A stretch of 63,382 nt of DNA, filler included, from Reticulomyxa filosa (lineage: Eukaryota > Protista > Foraminifera), in NCBI GenBank assembly GCA_000512085.1. It is 16 parts of 16 records of this genome, joined end to end, with 100 filler letters (N's around TTAATTAATTAA, not from the genome) between each part and the next. Parts side by side here need not be neighbours in the genome. Positions count along the whole stretch, not along the records: positions 1 to 3,790 come from ASPP01013734.1; positions 3,891 to 10,247 come from ASPP01013638.1; positions 10,348 to 12,528 come from ASPP01023565.1; 13 more parts are not named here. One strand, 5' to 3'. The first letter of the stretch is position 1, and every line of letters begins with the position of its first letter. The translations under genes were made by a program, and so were the position numbers. Below are positions 1-12,628 of this stretch, piece after piece. The notes under the pieces are model-generated. The model saw only the letters and a list, made by a program, of their open reading frames with translations. It ran no database searches and was not told the origin of the DNA.

Positions 1-47
1 TTCTTAAGCATTGCTCATTGGGATGTTGTTTTATATAAAAAAAAAAA

Positions 48-1554
48 GCTGGCAACACCAGATTTGGGAATAAAAAAATTCCACATGTGATGAAACAAAA
101 ATGGGAGCGCGGCCTATTGTATTTCGGAGGCTGTTTGCTATGCTTTTTCTTTGCTGGAACACTTAAATGCTTCAACTGCTTGAAACAGCCTTGGAATATT
201 TCCTACATGTTTTACACGGCGAGGTTTATTGAAAACTCGTTTTGGTTGATTTTGATCGGAGTGTTGGCTTACTTTGATATGAACTGCTACTACATCTGTT
301 CGGACTACTCCTTTCGGCATAATCTCGTCTGGAAAAAAGGGATTGTGTTTTATTTCTTGGCAGTTGTCGCCGTCGTCCTCACCATCGTGCTGTATGCCAT
401 CCTGTTTAACTCCAAAGTTTTGTAGTGTCTTATTTTTGTCAATTTCCAATGGGCTAAAAATGGAAAGAGATCATTTCATATCATATTATTGTTATGTACA
501 CACATATAAATATATATATATATATGTACATATATGTATGTAATGTATTTATTTATTAGTTAATAATGGAGGAAAGAACAGTCGCTCGTGGTGGAGAACC
601 TGTCGACTTGATCGACTTGCAACGCTATGATGATTTGAGACGCTTGCTGGCTGGAGACACGGCGATCACGAGCCGACCAGTCGTTACTGACAAACTGGAA
701 AAAAATGTAGTGATTGACGCTTGTGTACATGCCGCTGTCAAAGGGGATCTTAAAGCGCTGAAGGTATTCGGGGAGTTGTATTACAACTTCGACTTGCCGG
801 ATCGCTTCGGCTGGACTCCTCTCATTTATTGCGCCCGTGAAGGACACTCACACTGTGTCGAACTACTTTGCAAATATGGCACGCATGTCGACTTTGCCGA
901 CAAGGATGGCAAGACGGCCGCGTCCCACGCCGCAGAGTTTGGCAAAGTCGAAATGCTCAGAACACTCGGTAATATGAAAGCCAATTTGGCCCACGTCGAT
1001 CATGCCAAAAACAGTGTCGCCGGCTATGCTTTCCAAAATGGTCATATGAGTTGCATTGCCATTTTGGCTGAATTTCATGTCTGTCTCTTCATCCATTTGT
1101 TTTTTGTTTTGTTTTGATTATTGCTATTAACATTATGTTTGTCCATTTTCATATATGCATGTGTAGACAAATACTTAAATATACGTATATACATATACAT
1201 ATACGTATATGTATGTTTCATTTATTTATTTGTTTGAATGTTTCTCTTTTTATTGGATATTAGGTGGAATGGGAAATGCCACAAGACAAAGGAAAGAGCG
1301 ACGGAATTGATGCAATGCGATCGAATCTTCCTGATACATTCGTCACGCAACCAGTTCTCGCTGACAATGCGCAAGATATCAATACTGAAAACTTGTTCGG
1401 TGTCGTCAAAAACTCATCAAAACCCAACGCTCACGAACCTCAATCCTCTGAGGCTCATCCACATGGAATCATGTTAGAAATGGAAGAAAGTGAAAAAAGA
1501 CCACCTCAACAAGCACCATCAACAATTCCCAATTCATTTGGATCTTATCTCTAA
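48..1554 (+). CDS. Multi-pass membrane protein fused to ankyrin repeats (spliced, 5'-partial)
   Basis: Hydrophobic ORF 87-425 joins in frame through GT417..AG559 to TTA ATA ATG(566). Ankyrin motifs follow: GWTPLIYCAREGHSHCVELL, GKTAASHAAEFGKVEML, NSVAGYAFQNGH. A second intron at about 1079-1263 leads to the tail exon ending at 1554. Confidence 0.75.
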
Positions 1555-2137
1555 ATACTTATTATATTCATAAATAAATACTCACTGACAATTCTTTGTC
1601 AATTTTTGTTTTCTTCCTTTTGATTTGCTTTTTTCTCTTTTTTCCTCAGTCTCTTCCAGGAGCACCACAAAAAAGACTTATCAGTTGTGTCACCTGACTG
1701 CATTTTAATTTTTTTTGTTTGTGTTAATTGTACATTTTGTTAAAAATGAACATCACAACTTTTTTAAGCTCTTCAACATTATTACATTTTCTTGCATAGT
1801 GTCGATATTTTTTTCCGAAAACTCTGGAAATTATGATAAAATTAGCATTGTAAATTCTTTTGGAAGTATTTCTTTTTTATTGTCGAAAATCCAACATGCA
1901 AAAACCTTTTCTTTTGCAACTTTACTTCCGTTGCGTCCTCTTATCTCAAATGCAAATATATTCTACCTTTTGATTAAAAAAGAAAGACAGCACATAAGCA
2001 AACAAAAATTAATGCTAACTGAATGTCACAAATTTTCTCTATCTTTGTCAGCGTATTTACTATTAACATATACATATTTTAAAAATTTTTAGTTAAATAT
2101 TTGAGCAATGAATTGCACAACATAATGAAATAGTATA

Positions 2138-3190
2138 CAGTAGTTTGCAAAAAAACATTACAAAAAAAAAAATGACTTTTTTAGCATTTGACTTGTATAT
2201 CTTTATTGAAAAGAGTCAAAGTAAAAATAATTTTGTATGTACATAGAACAAATTACATAATATCTTTCTTCATGTTGTACTATATTGTATCTTGAATTTA
2301 TTTGAAAGGTTATACATTCAATTTTTTTAGCGGCTTTACAGTATGCCTTTTTTTTTAACTGTAGTGATACATGAGTCATAACTGACTCCAGAGTTGTAAT
2401 AACTCAACTCATAAAATAAAACATTCTTTTTTATCCTAAATTTTCTTGTACGTTTTAGTTTAGCTTAGCTATCTTTCTTGAATCTATCTACATAACAAAA
2501 ATTTTTTTATTACGTATATATCAAACTGTAAAGAAAAAATAATCTATTTAACAAACGTTTACATTTGTGTATAAAAGAAGCTTTTATATTTGATGCAATG
2601 ATATTTTTTCAGTTTTTTCCAGTTCTATTTATATGTCATTTGGTTTCACAATTATCAGCTAACAACCACCTAACCACTAGACTGCGCATTTTGTCAATAA
2701 AAATAAATTTTCTTACTATACATGCTTTCTGTTGATATCATAGTTTGTTTGAAACTCTTTTTTCCAATTTTGGACAACCTTGAAGTGTTTTGCCACTTTT
2801 CGCATATACTTTCCATCCAAAAGCGTTTGCAAAGATCTTCAATTTGTAAATTCATCAAATTATTTCACCATAATGATTTTTACTTCTTCTGTGTTTATTG
2901 GCGTTAAATACTTTAATATTAGTCAGTACAATTAATTTTGAAACTTTTTTTATTTGGTAAGATAGTTTTTTTTGAACGTTGAATTTTTCAAACACATGCG
3001 AAAAAATAATGATGCAGAACTTTGCAAATAAATGCAAGATATAATATAGTACAACATGAAGAAAGATAATCTGTGATTTGTTCTATGCATCTACAAAATT
3101 ATTTATAATTTATCTATTTTCAATAAGATATACAAGTCAAATACTAAAAAAGCACTTTTTTTTTTGTAATGGTTTTTTTGCAAACTACTG
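2138..3190 (-). mobile_element. Non-autonomous or decayed Tc1/mariner-type DNA transposon
   Basis: Imperfect inverted arms of about 175 bp (2135-2310 and 3018-3193). Ends read ta|CAGTAGTTTGCAAAAAAA ... TTTTTTTGCAAACTACTG|ta, i.e. CAGT termini with a TA target duplication. The minus strand at 2582-2635 reads HINRTGKN*KNIIASNIK, resembling the Tc1 HxxWTxxxWxxVxxSDE motif. Confidence 0.8.
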
Positions 3191-3790
3191 TATTCTTATG
3201 AATGTTTTTAATTTGTGTAAATGATTTGGAAAGATATATACAATATATATTTGTGCAAACTACGTTTCGTAAAAAACAAGTTTTACACATACTTGGATAT
3301 GTTAAAAAAAATTACTAAAACACAAACTATCATCATTGGCAACCAAAAGCACGTGAAAAAAAGGACTGCACCCAGTTAAGTGACAAAATGTCCAATAAAT
3401 CTCAAATTGCGATATTTCCAAATAATAAAAGTGAACAGATAAAGAATGTATCAGCACCAGCACAGTGCGAGTAAGCGCTATGCTTTCTCGCGAAAAGGCC
3501 ATTGTAGGGCAAGCCCCTATTACACATGGCTGAACTCTTATGGAACTGAAGATCCCTTTGGGTTAAACTTCTCCACAAACTTTCTTCACTTCTTGTTTTG
3601 GTCTTTCTTTCTTTACTTATTGAGCTATTCATTTTGGTTATTTAGTTTACTTTGTTTTACTGAAAGCCACTCAATTCGAGTAAAACCTTTTCGTATTACA
3701 TTTAGTGTAGCTATCTACGGTAGACACCCCACACCATCGAAAGCTTTTTAAGCGTTGGAACCGAAAGGGTTTGAATTCCGGGTTTTTAAA

Positions 3791-3890
3791 NNNNNNNNNN
3801 NNNNNNNNNNNNNNNNNNNNNNNNNNNNNNNNNNTTAATTAATTAANNNNNNNNNNNNNNNNNNNNNNNNNNNNNNNNNNNNNNNNNNNN
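3791..3890. other. Artificial contig linker N44-TTAATTAATTAA-N44 (first of 15)
   Basis: Identical 100-nt spacer with stops in all six frames, at 3791-3890, 10248-10347, 12529-12628, 16091-16190, 17302-17401, 25205-25304, 30586-30685, 32684-32783, 35127-35226, 46156-46255, 48051-48150, 51444-51543, 53015-53114, 58188-58287 and 61839-61938. Confidence 0.98.
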
Positions 3891-3961
3891 TATATATATA
3901 TATATTATGTTTATTTATTTATTTGTATAAACTTCATCAGTCAATTCAGCCACTTGTGCTT

Positions 3962-4255
3962 TTAGCTCTTCCAATCCATTGCCAATAACTCATTTTCACG
4001 ACCCAACTCGTCATTTTCGACAACCATTGTCATAAATTCTTGCGCGGCTTTTATTGCGATTTCCTTTTTTTCAATTTCGTCGCTTATTTGTCTTGTCAGC
4101 TTCAGCTTGCCATTGGCGTGTTCGCTCAGCGGTGTGTTCAAAGCATCGTTTCCGGAAATGTGAGCATTGAACGTAGATATCAACTCATTTAGCTCAGGTT
4201 TATTAGTCCCTTTCGGATTGGCTGTCGCTGTTGTCGTTGTTGTTGTCGTTGTTGT

Positions 4256-4292
<37 letters not shown>

Positions 4293-5370
4293 TCTATGGC
4301 TTCTACTTCTTCCTCTTTGAGTGGACTGAGCTGGTTCGTTGAGGGGTGGATATCATTAATTACCACGCTGTGCTCTTCCGCATTCGCGTGCTGGTCGTCC
4401 AATGACTCACTGCTCCTCCGCTTGTTCAAGTGTTGCGCACCAGTGCTGGGCGTGTCTTTACTCTGCGTCTTGTCCGCTTTCGTCTGTTCTGTTGATGGTG
4501 GGATGTGAATCGTCATGCCGGTGCTCTCTATTTTTTGCGTTCGTTTATGTTATGTACGTACATTATTGCAGGCATATACTTATATTATATGCACATATAC
4601 ATATACATATATATACATATATAAATATATATATATGTATATGTGTATATGTGTATATGTTCAATGGATGAATGAAAATGATTAAACAAATTTACAATAA
4701 AAATAGCTTAAAATGACAAGAGAGACGAAGGAGGAAAGAAAACCATTTTTTTTGTTTTTAAAAATTCTCCCTTTCGGACATATTTGTATACATATATGTA
4801 TTGTCACATGCAATCATACCATTACTCAACGATGCTTTGTTTTTTTGATGGTAGATTTTACTCGGTATGGGTCCTATGGACTGGCCAGATTTGAGTTTGA
4901 TGTGAGGCATCTTTTTAGAACTTGATATTCTTGTCGAAATTGGGCGCTCTGCCGGCGGCGCAATGGCGTATATGTCAATATGGTTTGAGTCCAGCAATTG
5001 AATTAAACTATCAAAAAAAACAGTAAGAACACTGGTTCGGATGGAGGTCGGAGGTAGGAGCAAACAAAGGATTTAAGTGAGAGGCAAAAAAAACTCGGCC
5101 TCATCGTTTTTCTTAAAACCTTGGTGTTTTCTCTGCAGCTGAGACAGGTATGAGCCTTGACAATGATTCGTTGTGACGATGTGTTTTGAACGGGTCTTTA
5201 CGTTCGGTGCTTTCAATGTCGTGTGGGCTTTGTGCTACATTTTTGTCACTGGGACTTAAACGATCGTTCTCCAAACTTGAAATATCAGATTTGTTTAGTG
5301 GATTCATAAATGTTCGATTTATTGACTTTTTGAAGTTTGGGGTTTTGATACCACACAAGGGCAAAAACAA
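3962..5370 (-). CDS. Hypothetical spliced protein with an Ala/Thr low-complexity tract
   Basis: GC-richer coding-like blocks at 3962-4516, about 4830-5060 and 5113-5370, separated by (TA)n intron-like DNA. No recognisable domain, and frame continuity between blocks is uncertain. Confidence 0.4.
4225..4292. repeat. (GTT/GTC)n plus (GCTGTT)n microsatellite encoding ATATAT...TTTT on the minus strand
   Basis: Directly visible tri- and hexanucleotide repeat. Confidence 0.85.
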
Positions 5371-5652
5371 CTCAACTGAAGTCGGTGTTATGTCTAATGC
5401 AACCCATTCCCTTTGGAATTAGCATATACTAACCGTTTCGACAAAATTCTTATTGTAACAATAAACACGGGCCTGGTAATATAATACTAGAAAACTACTT
5501 AAATTTTCAAAAGAAAGGTTCGCAGTCTTCGTTTTTCATCCAAGAGTGTGAACGTATTAAAAAGGCGAAAGTGAAGAATTTCTTTCGTCGACAACATTAT
5601 TTTTCTTGTCTATAATAACTCTTTTCTGACACGATAAGTTTTGCACTTATTG

Positions 5653-6972
5653 ATGGTCTCAGTTTCTAATATTTTATATTTATGTGTTGGCTTTTTGGGC
5701 TTTGTTTTTGCTACGATTTTATGTGCTATCACGTGCTTTCACACTTGCCGTAATTCCCCTGAGCAATCCCGCAGAGACCAAAAAAATCGAGAAAGAAAAA
5801 AAAGAGCCCAAGTCCTCTCATTAATTATTATAGTATTTTTGTATTTGTGCATGTGTGCCATTTGCGGGGCAATACTTCTGTTCTTGCGATACGAAGAAAC
5901 CGGTTTACTATCTGTAATCAAAGGTAACACTATGACTAAGGGATTGATATATACTGCCTGGATATGCGTATTTTGTGGAATCGTGTCCATGTTAGCGTGC
6001 AATGTACTACAAACCATACACTCGTATGGTCTCCATTGAAAAATAGATCATGACAATAAATCACACGCCATAAACAGAAATAATTTGTCTCTTTAAAGGG
6101 AGATTATCCTTTTGCTTGTTTTTTTTATTTTCACACTGGCCGAAAACAACGGATACAATAGGTATGGGTTATTTATGTATCAGTTGTATCAAGTGTTTGA
6201 TGGCACACTTTTTGAATTTTCAAACAAATTTTATAAAACCATTGCAATTCTGGTATTTATATATACATTGATGATTACGGCGATTGGCTTTATATATAAA
6301 TTTCACAAATTAAATCATGCTAGTTTTACGGCCTTATTTGGTTTTGGATTGCTCTATCACATTTGCTTTTCAATGTTCTTGATTTTTTGCTTCATAAATA
6401 AATTGTTCCAAGTGGTTAAATGTAATTATTTAATGCTATGGCGAGATAAGACAAATCATTCTCGTGAAATGAAAGCTGAAGGAATGCAAAGTCCTAATAT
6501 ATTGCAAAACAAAGCTATTGCCATGGAGAAGAAGAGCCCTTCGGATGCGCCATTATCACAAGGATCATCAGATATTGTGTTGAAAACCCCAAGATTCTCA
6601 AAACAGATTACTGTGCCATTACCAACCGAAGATTGGGCTTTGATTGAAGTGATGACTAAATATGTCATTTTACATGGTACTTGTATATTGATCACAGGAG
6701 TGGCAGGAGTGATATTGCTACTCAAGCAATGGCTTGAGCTGAAAACTGCTATATTTGATTTGTGCGGTGGCGTATGGATGTGTGTTATCGAAATATGGTG
6801 CGTTTGTTTGTTTGCTCCCTGGTTCAGAAAAATGTACACTCACGTTTGCCATTTTTGTCACTCCTGTTGCAAGCACTGTGTTCATGATGTGGCAAAAGCA
6901 AGATTGCGAAAGATAAGGCAAAATGAAGACATTGCCTTAGTGATTATGCAGGGTCAAGACAATCAAATTTGA
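5653..6972 (+). CDS. Multi-pass (7TM, GPCR-like topology) membrane protein
   Basis: ORFs 5641-6039 and 6112-6972 join in frame through intron GT6024..AG6161 (HS|YGLFMYQL). There are about 7 hydrophobic segments, a long loop before the last two, and a Cys-rich juxtamembrane tail (HVCHFCHSCCKHC). Confidence 0.65.
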
Positions 6973-7079
6973 GTGAGATGGTCACATTTGGTGTTTTTTG
7001 CTGTTTATGAATGTTAATGTTGATTTGAATTGTCCATTCATCAAAAAAAAAAGTCCTCTACAATATCAAACTTTCAAAC

Positions 7080-8300
7080 TACTTTTTGATGTCTTCCGCT
7101 GTGAGTTGCAAAAACTCACAAACATTTGAGTTTTTTAAAGTAACAATTGTTTGTTCCACAAAATTTATCCATTCCTCGACTGACAGCCCTTTTTCAATTT
7201 CCTGTCATTTCCCAAATGTTAAGTGCACCCATCCAATATCACAAGACTTTTGCTTAAACATTTTTTTTTTTAATATACGACATAAATATGAAAAGGATAA
7301 CAAAAAAACCTGGTCTTTTGGATATTCCAAAAGTTTTCCTTATTGGTAATGCACTTTCCAAATTCTTTAACAAAAACTGCATCTCATTGTTTGCTTTTTC
7401 CACAAATACCTCAATATTTTGCTGTGTTGGTCATTCATTCAATTGCAAAAAAAAAATCACAAATGGCAAATTAACAGCCGAGCAAACACAGCACACCTGA
7501 AAAGAAGTGGGCAACAACTGAAAGTAGTCGTCTTTAATAAGAGAATTTTCTTTGTCGGTCGATTTCTGAACAGTTTGAAGCTTTGTTATTTTTTTGCGGC
7601 GAATTTCGTCAATTTCTTCTTGATATTGTTGAAGTTCTTTTTCCATTTCACAAATTCGATTATACGTTTCAGCGTTGGCAGGATCCATCACCTCGTTGTT
7701 ATTTATCTCTATTGGTTTTTTTTGCCAATTACTCCATATTTGGTTCAAGGAACTCACCACAGCTTGAGCCAGCTCATAAATACTTGCTGTTGCAACCAAT
7801 CAAAAAATATATATACATGTTCTATCGTTTTACAGTTTGTATTTTTTTTAAAAGTTTTTACGCACCATGAAAGATATTTATGTCACCAGCAGCCAGTTGT
7901 GTTTGTTGAAATTTTGCAAGGAATTCATTGTGGTTGATAGTTTTATGTAATCGCAACATCTCATCGTGCATTTTTTCCAAACACTTAGTGTATTCAATCA
8001 TTAGCGTTTCCCGTCTTTTCTCTTCTCTTTCCAAGCTTGTGTTAATTTTGTCGCTACATTTCCAAACAACCATTGTCGACAAAAATATCTCTTTACTTAT
8101 TGTTTTTTTCTTATGCTAAGGCACTTACATTGCTTTTTTGTTCGATTCCATGATTTGCTCAACTGATGGAAAGGTCAACAAATGAACAAGATGTCTCACC
8201 AGCACAACTTTAAAGAATTAATCTACACAGCACATATGACATACTTTTGACTTTCTCGTCGCTCAAGTCTTTGTTTTCACTTACAATTCGATCTTTGCTC
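7080..8300 (-). CDS. Hypothetical multi-exon coiled-coil protein, possibly a pseudogene
   Basis: Charged heptad-like exons (7858-8082, 7500-7799) with GT-AG boundaries. There is an in-frame TGA near 7206 in the last exon. Confidence 0.35.
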
Positions 8301-9493
8301 TTGTCTATTTGTTCTTTCTGTTATGTGCACGTGTGCTTGCTTTTTTTTTTTATGTTTACTCAAAAAAAAAATAATTTTAACAGCTAACTTGTGCACCTAA
8401 GGATTTGAGCTCTGTTTCGACTAGTCAACACAACAGCAAAAATTTTGTTATGTGTTGTTCTTACTATTGCAACCAATCAAAATATTTGCTTACGTTGTTG
8501 ATTTTCTGTCTGAATTGCAATTATTTGGTTCAATATTTGCTGATCGGTTTCTTGTGCTTCCTTGGTGTCGCTCTGTTATGTTGTACAAAGTTTTGTAGCA
8601 CATTTTAAAAAATCAATAACGATTGCAGCGTGCTGCACACCTGTTCTTCATTTGTTTTCTTTTGCCAAGCAAATAAGCTTTTGCGACAATTTTCAAAGTT
8701 TGGTCCAGTTTTTTCGTCCATTCTTGCACTTCGGTGGCTAACTTTGTAAGTGCTGACTTCTTTAAAAAGACCTGATTAAACCCCTTTTTACGTTGAAACC
8801 TTGTTTCACCACTGGAAATATGACTAACACAAGCAAAGTTTGCAAAATACTCGCCAAAAATATTACAGTCGATTGAGTTCTTTGTATAAAAACTTTTTTT
8901 GCACGTTTTCAACAATTAAAAAACAAGGCATTTAAGCATCAATTTTGAAATTCAAATTGCGCCTTCCAATTGGAGAGTATTTATTTGCACTTAAAGGAAG
9001 GACAAAAGAAACCAAACGCAATAAAAAGGGTGTTGTGTCTATATTCTTCAATCAAGAGAGGTGAATAACAATGGAAACTGTACCAAAAAAGGAAAAAAAA
9101 ATCCACACAAACAAAAGTAAAAAAATAAAAACAAAAATACAAACCAAAAGACGAAAATTAAAAAGAAATAAAAAAAAGACAACTCAATCAATATTTTGCA
9201 GCATATGAGATTACCAAACCAAATAAACAAGGCACGGCTATCACACTTTTTACAGACATCTCCCGTACATACAATATGTCAAAGGGTTTAATAATTTTAA
9301 TTTTCCTTGATGGCTAAACAAGCAAAAACGATTTGGATATAAAAAAAAAATAAAAGAAAAGGTTGTACTATTTATTTCTGTGTTTATAATTCTGACTTTT
9401 TTTTTTTTTTTTGATGCAGCTGTAGTAGTGTTAGTTCAAGAAGGATCCAAAAAAACGAGGAAAGAGTAAGAGAAATGAAGTAAACTGACGGAA

Positions 9494-10115
9494 TTACTGT
9501 TGGATAATGGTGTGTACTAAGAATTGTATGAAGCTGACTTTTTCTTGGTCATCAACCTCATGCGCAGAAGAAGAAGCAGCATCGCTTGAAGAGTCGTTTT
9601 TCTCAACGTTTGCTTTTTTTTTTTTTTTTTTTTCTTTTTTGTCTTGCGAAGAAGGCGCCATTCCAGTTAACACGTATCCATTGCTTTCATCGTCACCAAA
9701 CCCTCCATAGATGTCCTCTTCCTCTTTGTCATATCCATCTTCATTTGTGTCCATATTGGCGCCTTTGGCAAGGCGATTGTTGCGTTCATTTCGGGGGCGT
9801 TGTTTGGTGTCGCGTTGAGTCGCATTGGCTTTTTCTGTATGCGATTGGGAATGAAAGGCGGTAGCATTTTCAGCGTTATCACCGTCATCATCATTATCAT
9901 TGTCATTATCATCATCATTATCATCGTCAATGTCCACATCGTCATGTCCACTTCCGCCATAGTCATTTTTGTTGTTGGTGGTGGTAGTGTCGTTATTGCT
10001 CTTGCTCGTAAGCGAAGCTAATGGAGAAGGACTGCGACTGTTTAAGGAGCTGGAATCTTCAGAAGATTTCTTGGGAAGACCGAGCGTTTCGTCGTAATAC
10101 ATGCACAAACGACCT
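9494..10115 (-). CDS. Internal exon of an acidic, low-complexity protein
   Basis: Open frame with D/N-rich, poly-K and Ser-rich segments, flanked by intron-like DNA. The contig is truncated. Confidence 0.45.
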
Positions 10116-10210
10116 TTTACACAAGTATATATACATACATGCATACGTACATGCATGTGACATTACAAAAATAAACAAGCAAGAAATAGGATCAACAGGG
10201 GAAAGAGAAG

Positions 10211-10247
<37 letters not shown>

Positions 10248-10347
10248 NNNNNNNNNNNNNNNNNNNNNNNNNNNNNNNNNNNNNNNNNNNNTTAATTAAT
10301 TAANNNNNNNNNNNNNNNNNNNNNNNNNNNNNNNNNNNNNNNNNNNN

Positions 10348-10388
<41 letters not shown>

Positions 10389-10441
10389 AAATGCTTTTAA
10401 TATTTTCTAAAATTTAAAAACACACACTTTTTTTTCATAAC

Positions 10442-11074
10442 TTATTCGAACGCAAATTAAGAATTGTCAAATTGCTTAGATTTCCAATTTCTGATGGTAT
10501 TGTCCCATTTAATCTGTTTTTTAAAAAGTTATAAATTTTTCAAATAAAAGTGGAAACAAAGAAAACCTATTGTTATCCAATGCCAATAATCTCAATCTTG
10601 AAAGTTGACTATAATTTTTAACACATTTTTTCCTTTTCTACCTCAAAAAAAAAAAAAAGTATACCAAATTTCTGGAGGAATTGACCCATCCAAAAAATTC
10701 TCTGTAAAAATCAATTGTTGTAAGTGACTAAAATTTCCCACACATTCAGGTATTGTTCCAACCAAATTTTGATTATTTAATATAATTTCAGTAACAACTA
10801 ATTGCCCATTTTCATAATCACAAACTATCCCTTTAAATGAACATCCATCATTTGAGGAAATATTCCAACCCAACCCATTTGTTGCATTATAAAGGCATAA
10901 TAATGCATTCATTTCAGATTCAGATAGATTTGATGTTTGGCTCACTTTTGTTGTTTTTTTTTTTAGTTTCAAATTCAAATAAAGCAAAGAAAAAAAGAAA
11001 GGAAGAAAACTGCAAAAATGGTTCAACCAAAAGCAAATAGAAATCAACCAAAAGAACTTCAAAAACCAGCTCAT
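10442..11074 (-). CDS. Secreted or receptor-like leucine-rich-repeat protein with plant-type LRRNT cap and 24-aa LRRs (3'-partial)
   Basis: Signal-peptide-like start, then the cap SEMNALLCLY..W..C.FKGIVC and LRRs NNQNLVGTIPECVGNFSHLQQL, ENFLDGSIPPEI. Further exons are 10567-10608 (QLSRLRLLALDNN) and an exact 72-nt exon 10442-10513 (LNGTIPSEIGNLSNLTILNLRSN). Confidence 0.88.
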
Positions 11075-12023
11075 ATTTGAGTACTAATGCAAGTAAACTT
11101 TTTTCAGCTCCTTTTTGTTGTTCACAACACTGTTTCTTGCAAATTTTCTTCAAAAACTGAATTATGAAAAGAGATTATATATAAATTAATATTAAAAAAA
11201 ACAAAGATGATATTTATATAACTCACTTGTTAATCATTCGTATTTGAAAGCAAAGATATACATTCAATGTTGCATTGACAAAATTTGATTTTAGCTTTTT
11301 TTTGAAAAAGGAAGCCTTTTTGTTTGTTTCAGTTCTTCTCAAGCGCAAGAGACGAAAAAGCTAAACTCTTTTTTTTAAGGTGACTGATGGTTTGGACAAG
11401 TTGACGCACCACTGAAAGAAAATTCAAGGCCAAACTAAGAATGACATATTGTTATGTGTCATTTAAAAACAAGACCTTTAAATATCAATTTTTTCAAATA
11501 ATTGTCTTGTCAGCTTCTTTTAAAAGGAGATTATGTGTTTGCGTTTTGTCTTATATGTTATGCGCTTTTGCGTGGTGAAAGATCTTTTAAATATTTAATG
11601 TAAAAATTAAAGAAAATCATGATATTTGTTGAAACACACACAAAGTTTGAGATGTTGTGTGTTATCAAGGCAAAGCCAATTTTACTCCAAAAAGTGTTAA
11701 ACCTTCTTTGTAACGAATAAAATCATACGTATTCGAAAAAATGATTTAGCTTGTGATGTATATGCTAATTCCTGGACCAAGACATTTTTTTAAATAGAAC
11801 TTGTTAAAAAAAGAATTTACTCAATATGTAGGAGAAGCTCCTATAAAGTAAAAGGGGCTGGTGAGCCCCCGGTGGGTTAAACTTTCCCCATGCTTAGACA
11901 AACAAAAAAATAAACATTCAAAATTAATATACTCCTCAAAGAATTCATTCAAAAAGGACGAACAGGAGACAATAAAGGAACGACTTGACAATTGAATACA
12001 TGAGTATCAAAATAAAATCGAAC

Positions 12024-12528
12024 CTATTTATTATCAATCTCTTTGAAATTTTGAATAAGTTTTGGAAATTTAGATTTATAAAATCGATAAAAATGGGTTC
12101 GTTCTTTTGAATTAAGACATAATTGAAAATAAGTGTGATTTGTGGCTGCATCACGACGATAAAATGCCCCTTTTTGAATCGTGTAAATACTTGCTTTTGC
12201 AACAAGAACTTGTTCCACTACTATTCCATTGTACACTTCTTCATATGGAAATTTCAATCGTTTGGAAAGTAGTTTCATCAATTCTGAGTGACTAGGAATC
12301 AGTGGTGATGATAAAGGTTCATGCAATGTGTTTGATTTATTTCCATTTTTTACTTCTTTTGTTCCACCAATTACACTTTCACAATATTTCTGTTCTTCAT
12401 TAAGGGCAGCATTGTAATTTCTTTTTTTAAACACAAAACTATTATATTCTTGACCCCGAAACCATTCATAAACAACATCACCTAAACGAATTCGATATCT
12501 AACAATTTTGTGCATTTGTTTGAATTGG
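12024..12528 (-). CDS. Hypothetical protein, C-terminal part (5' end cut by linker)
   Basis: Open frame of more than 160 codons with globular-looking composition. No recognised motif. Confidence 0.4.
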
Positions 12529-12628
12529 NNNNNNNNNNNNNNNNNNNNNNNNNNNNNNNNNNNNNNNNNNNNTTAATTAATTAANNNNNNNNNNNNNNNN
12601 NNNNNNNNNNNNNNNNNNNNNNNNNNNN

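Noticed and set aside
4167-4508. Poly-Val/Ala ORF on the + strand
   Set aside because: Antisense reading of the Thr/Ala microsatellite exon.
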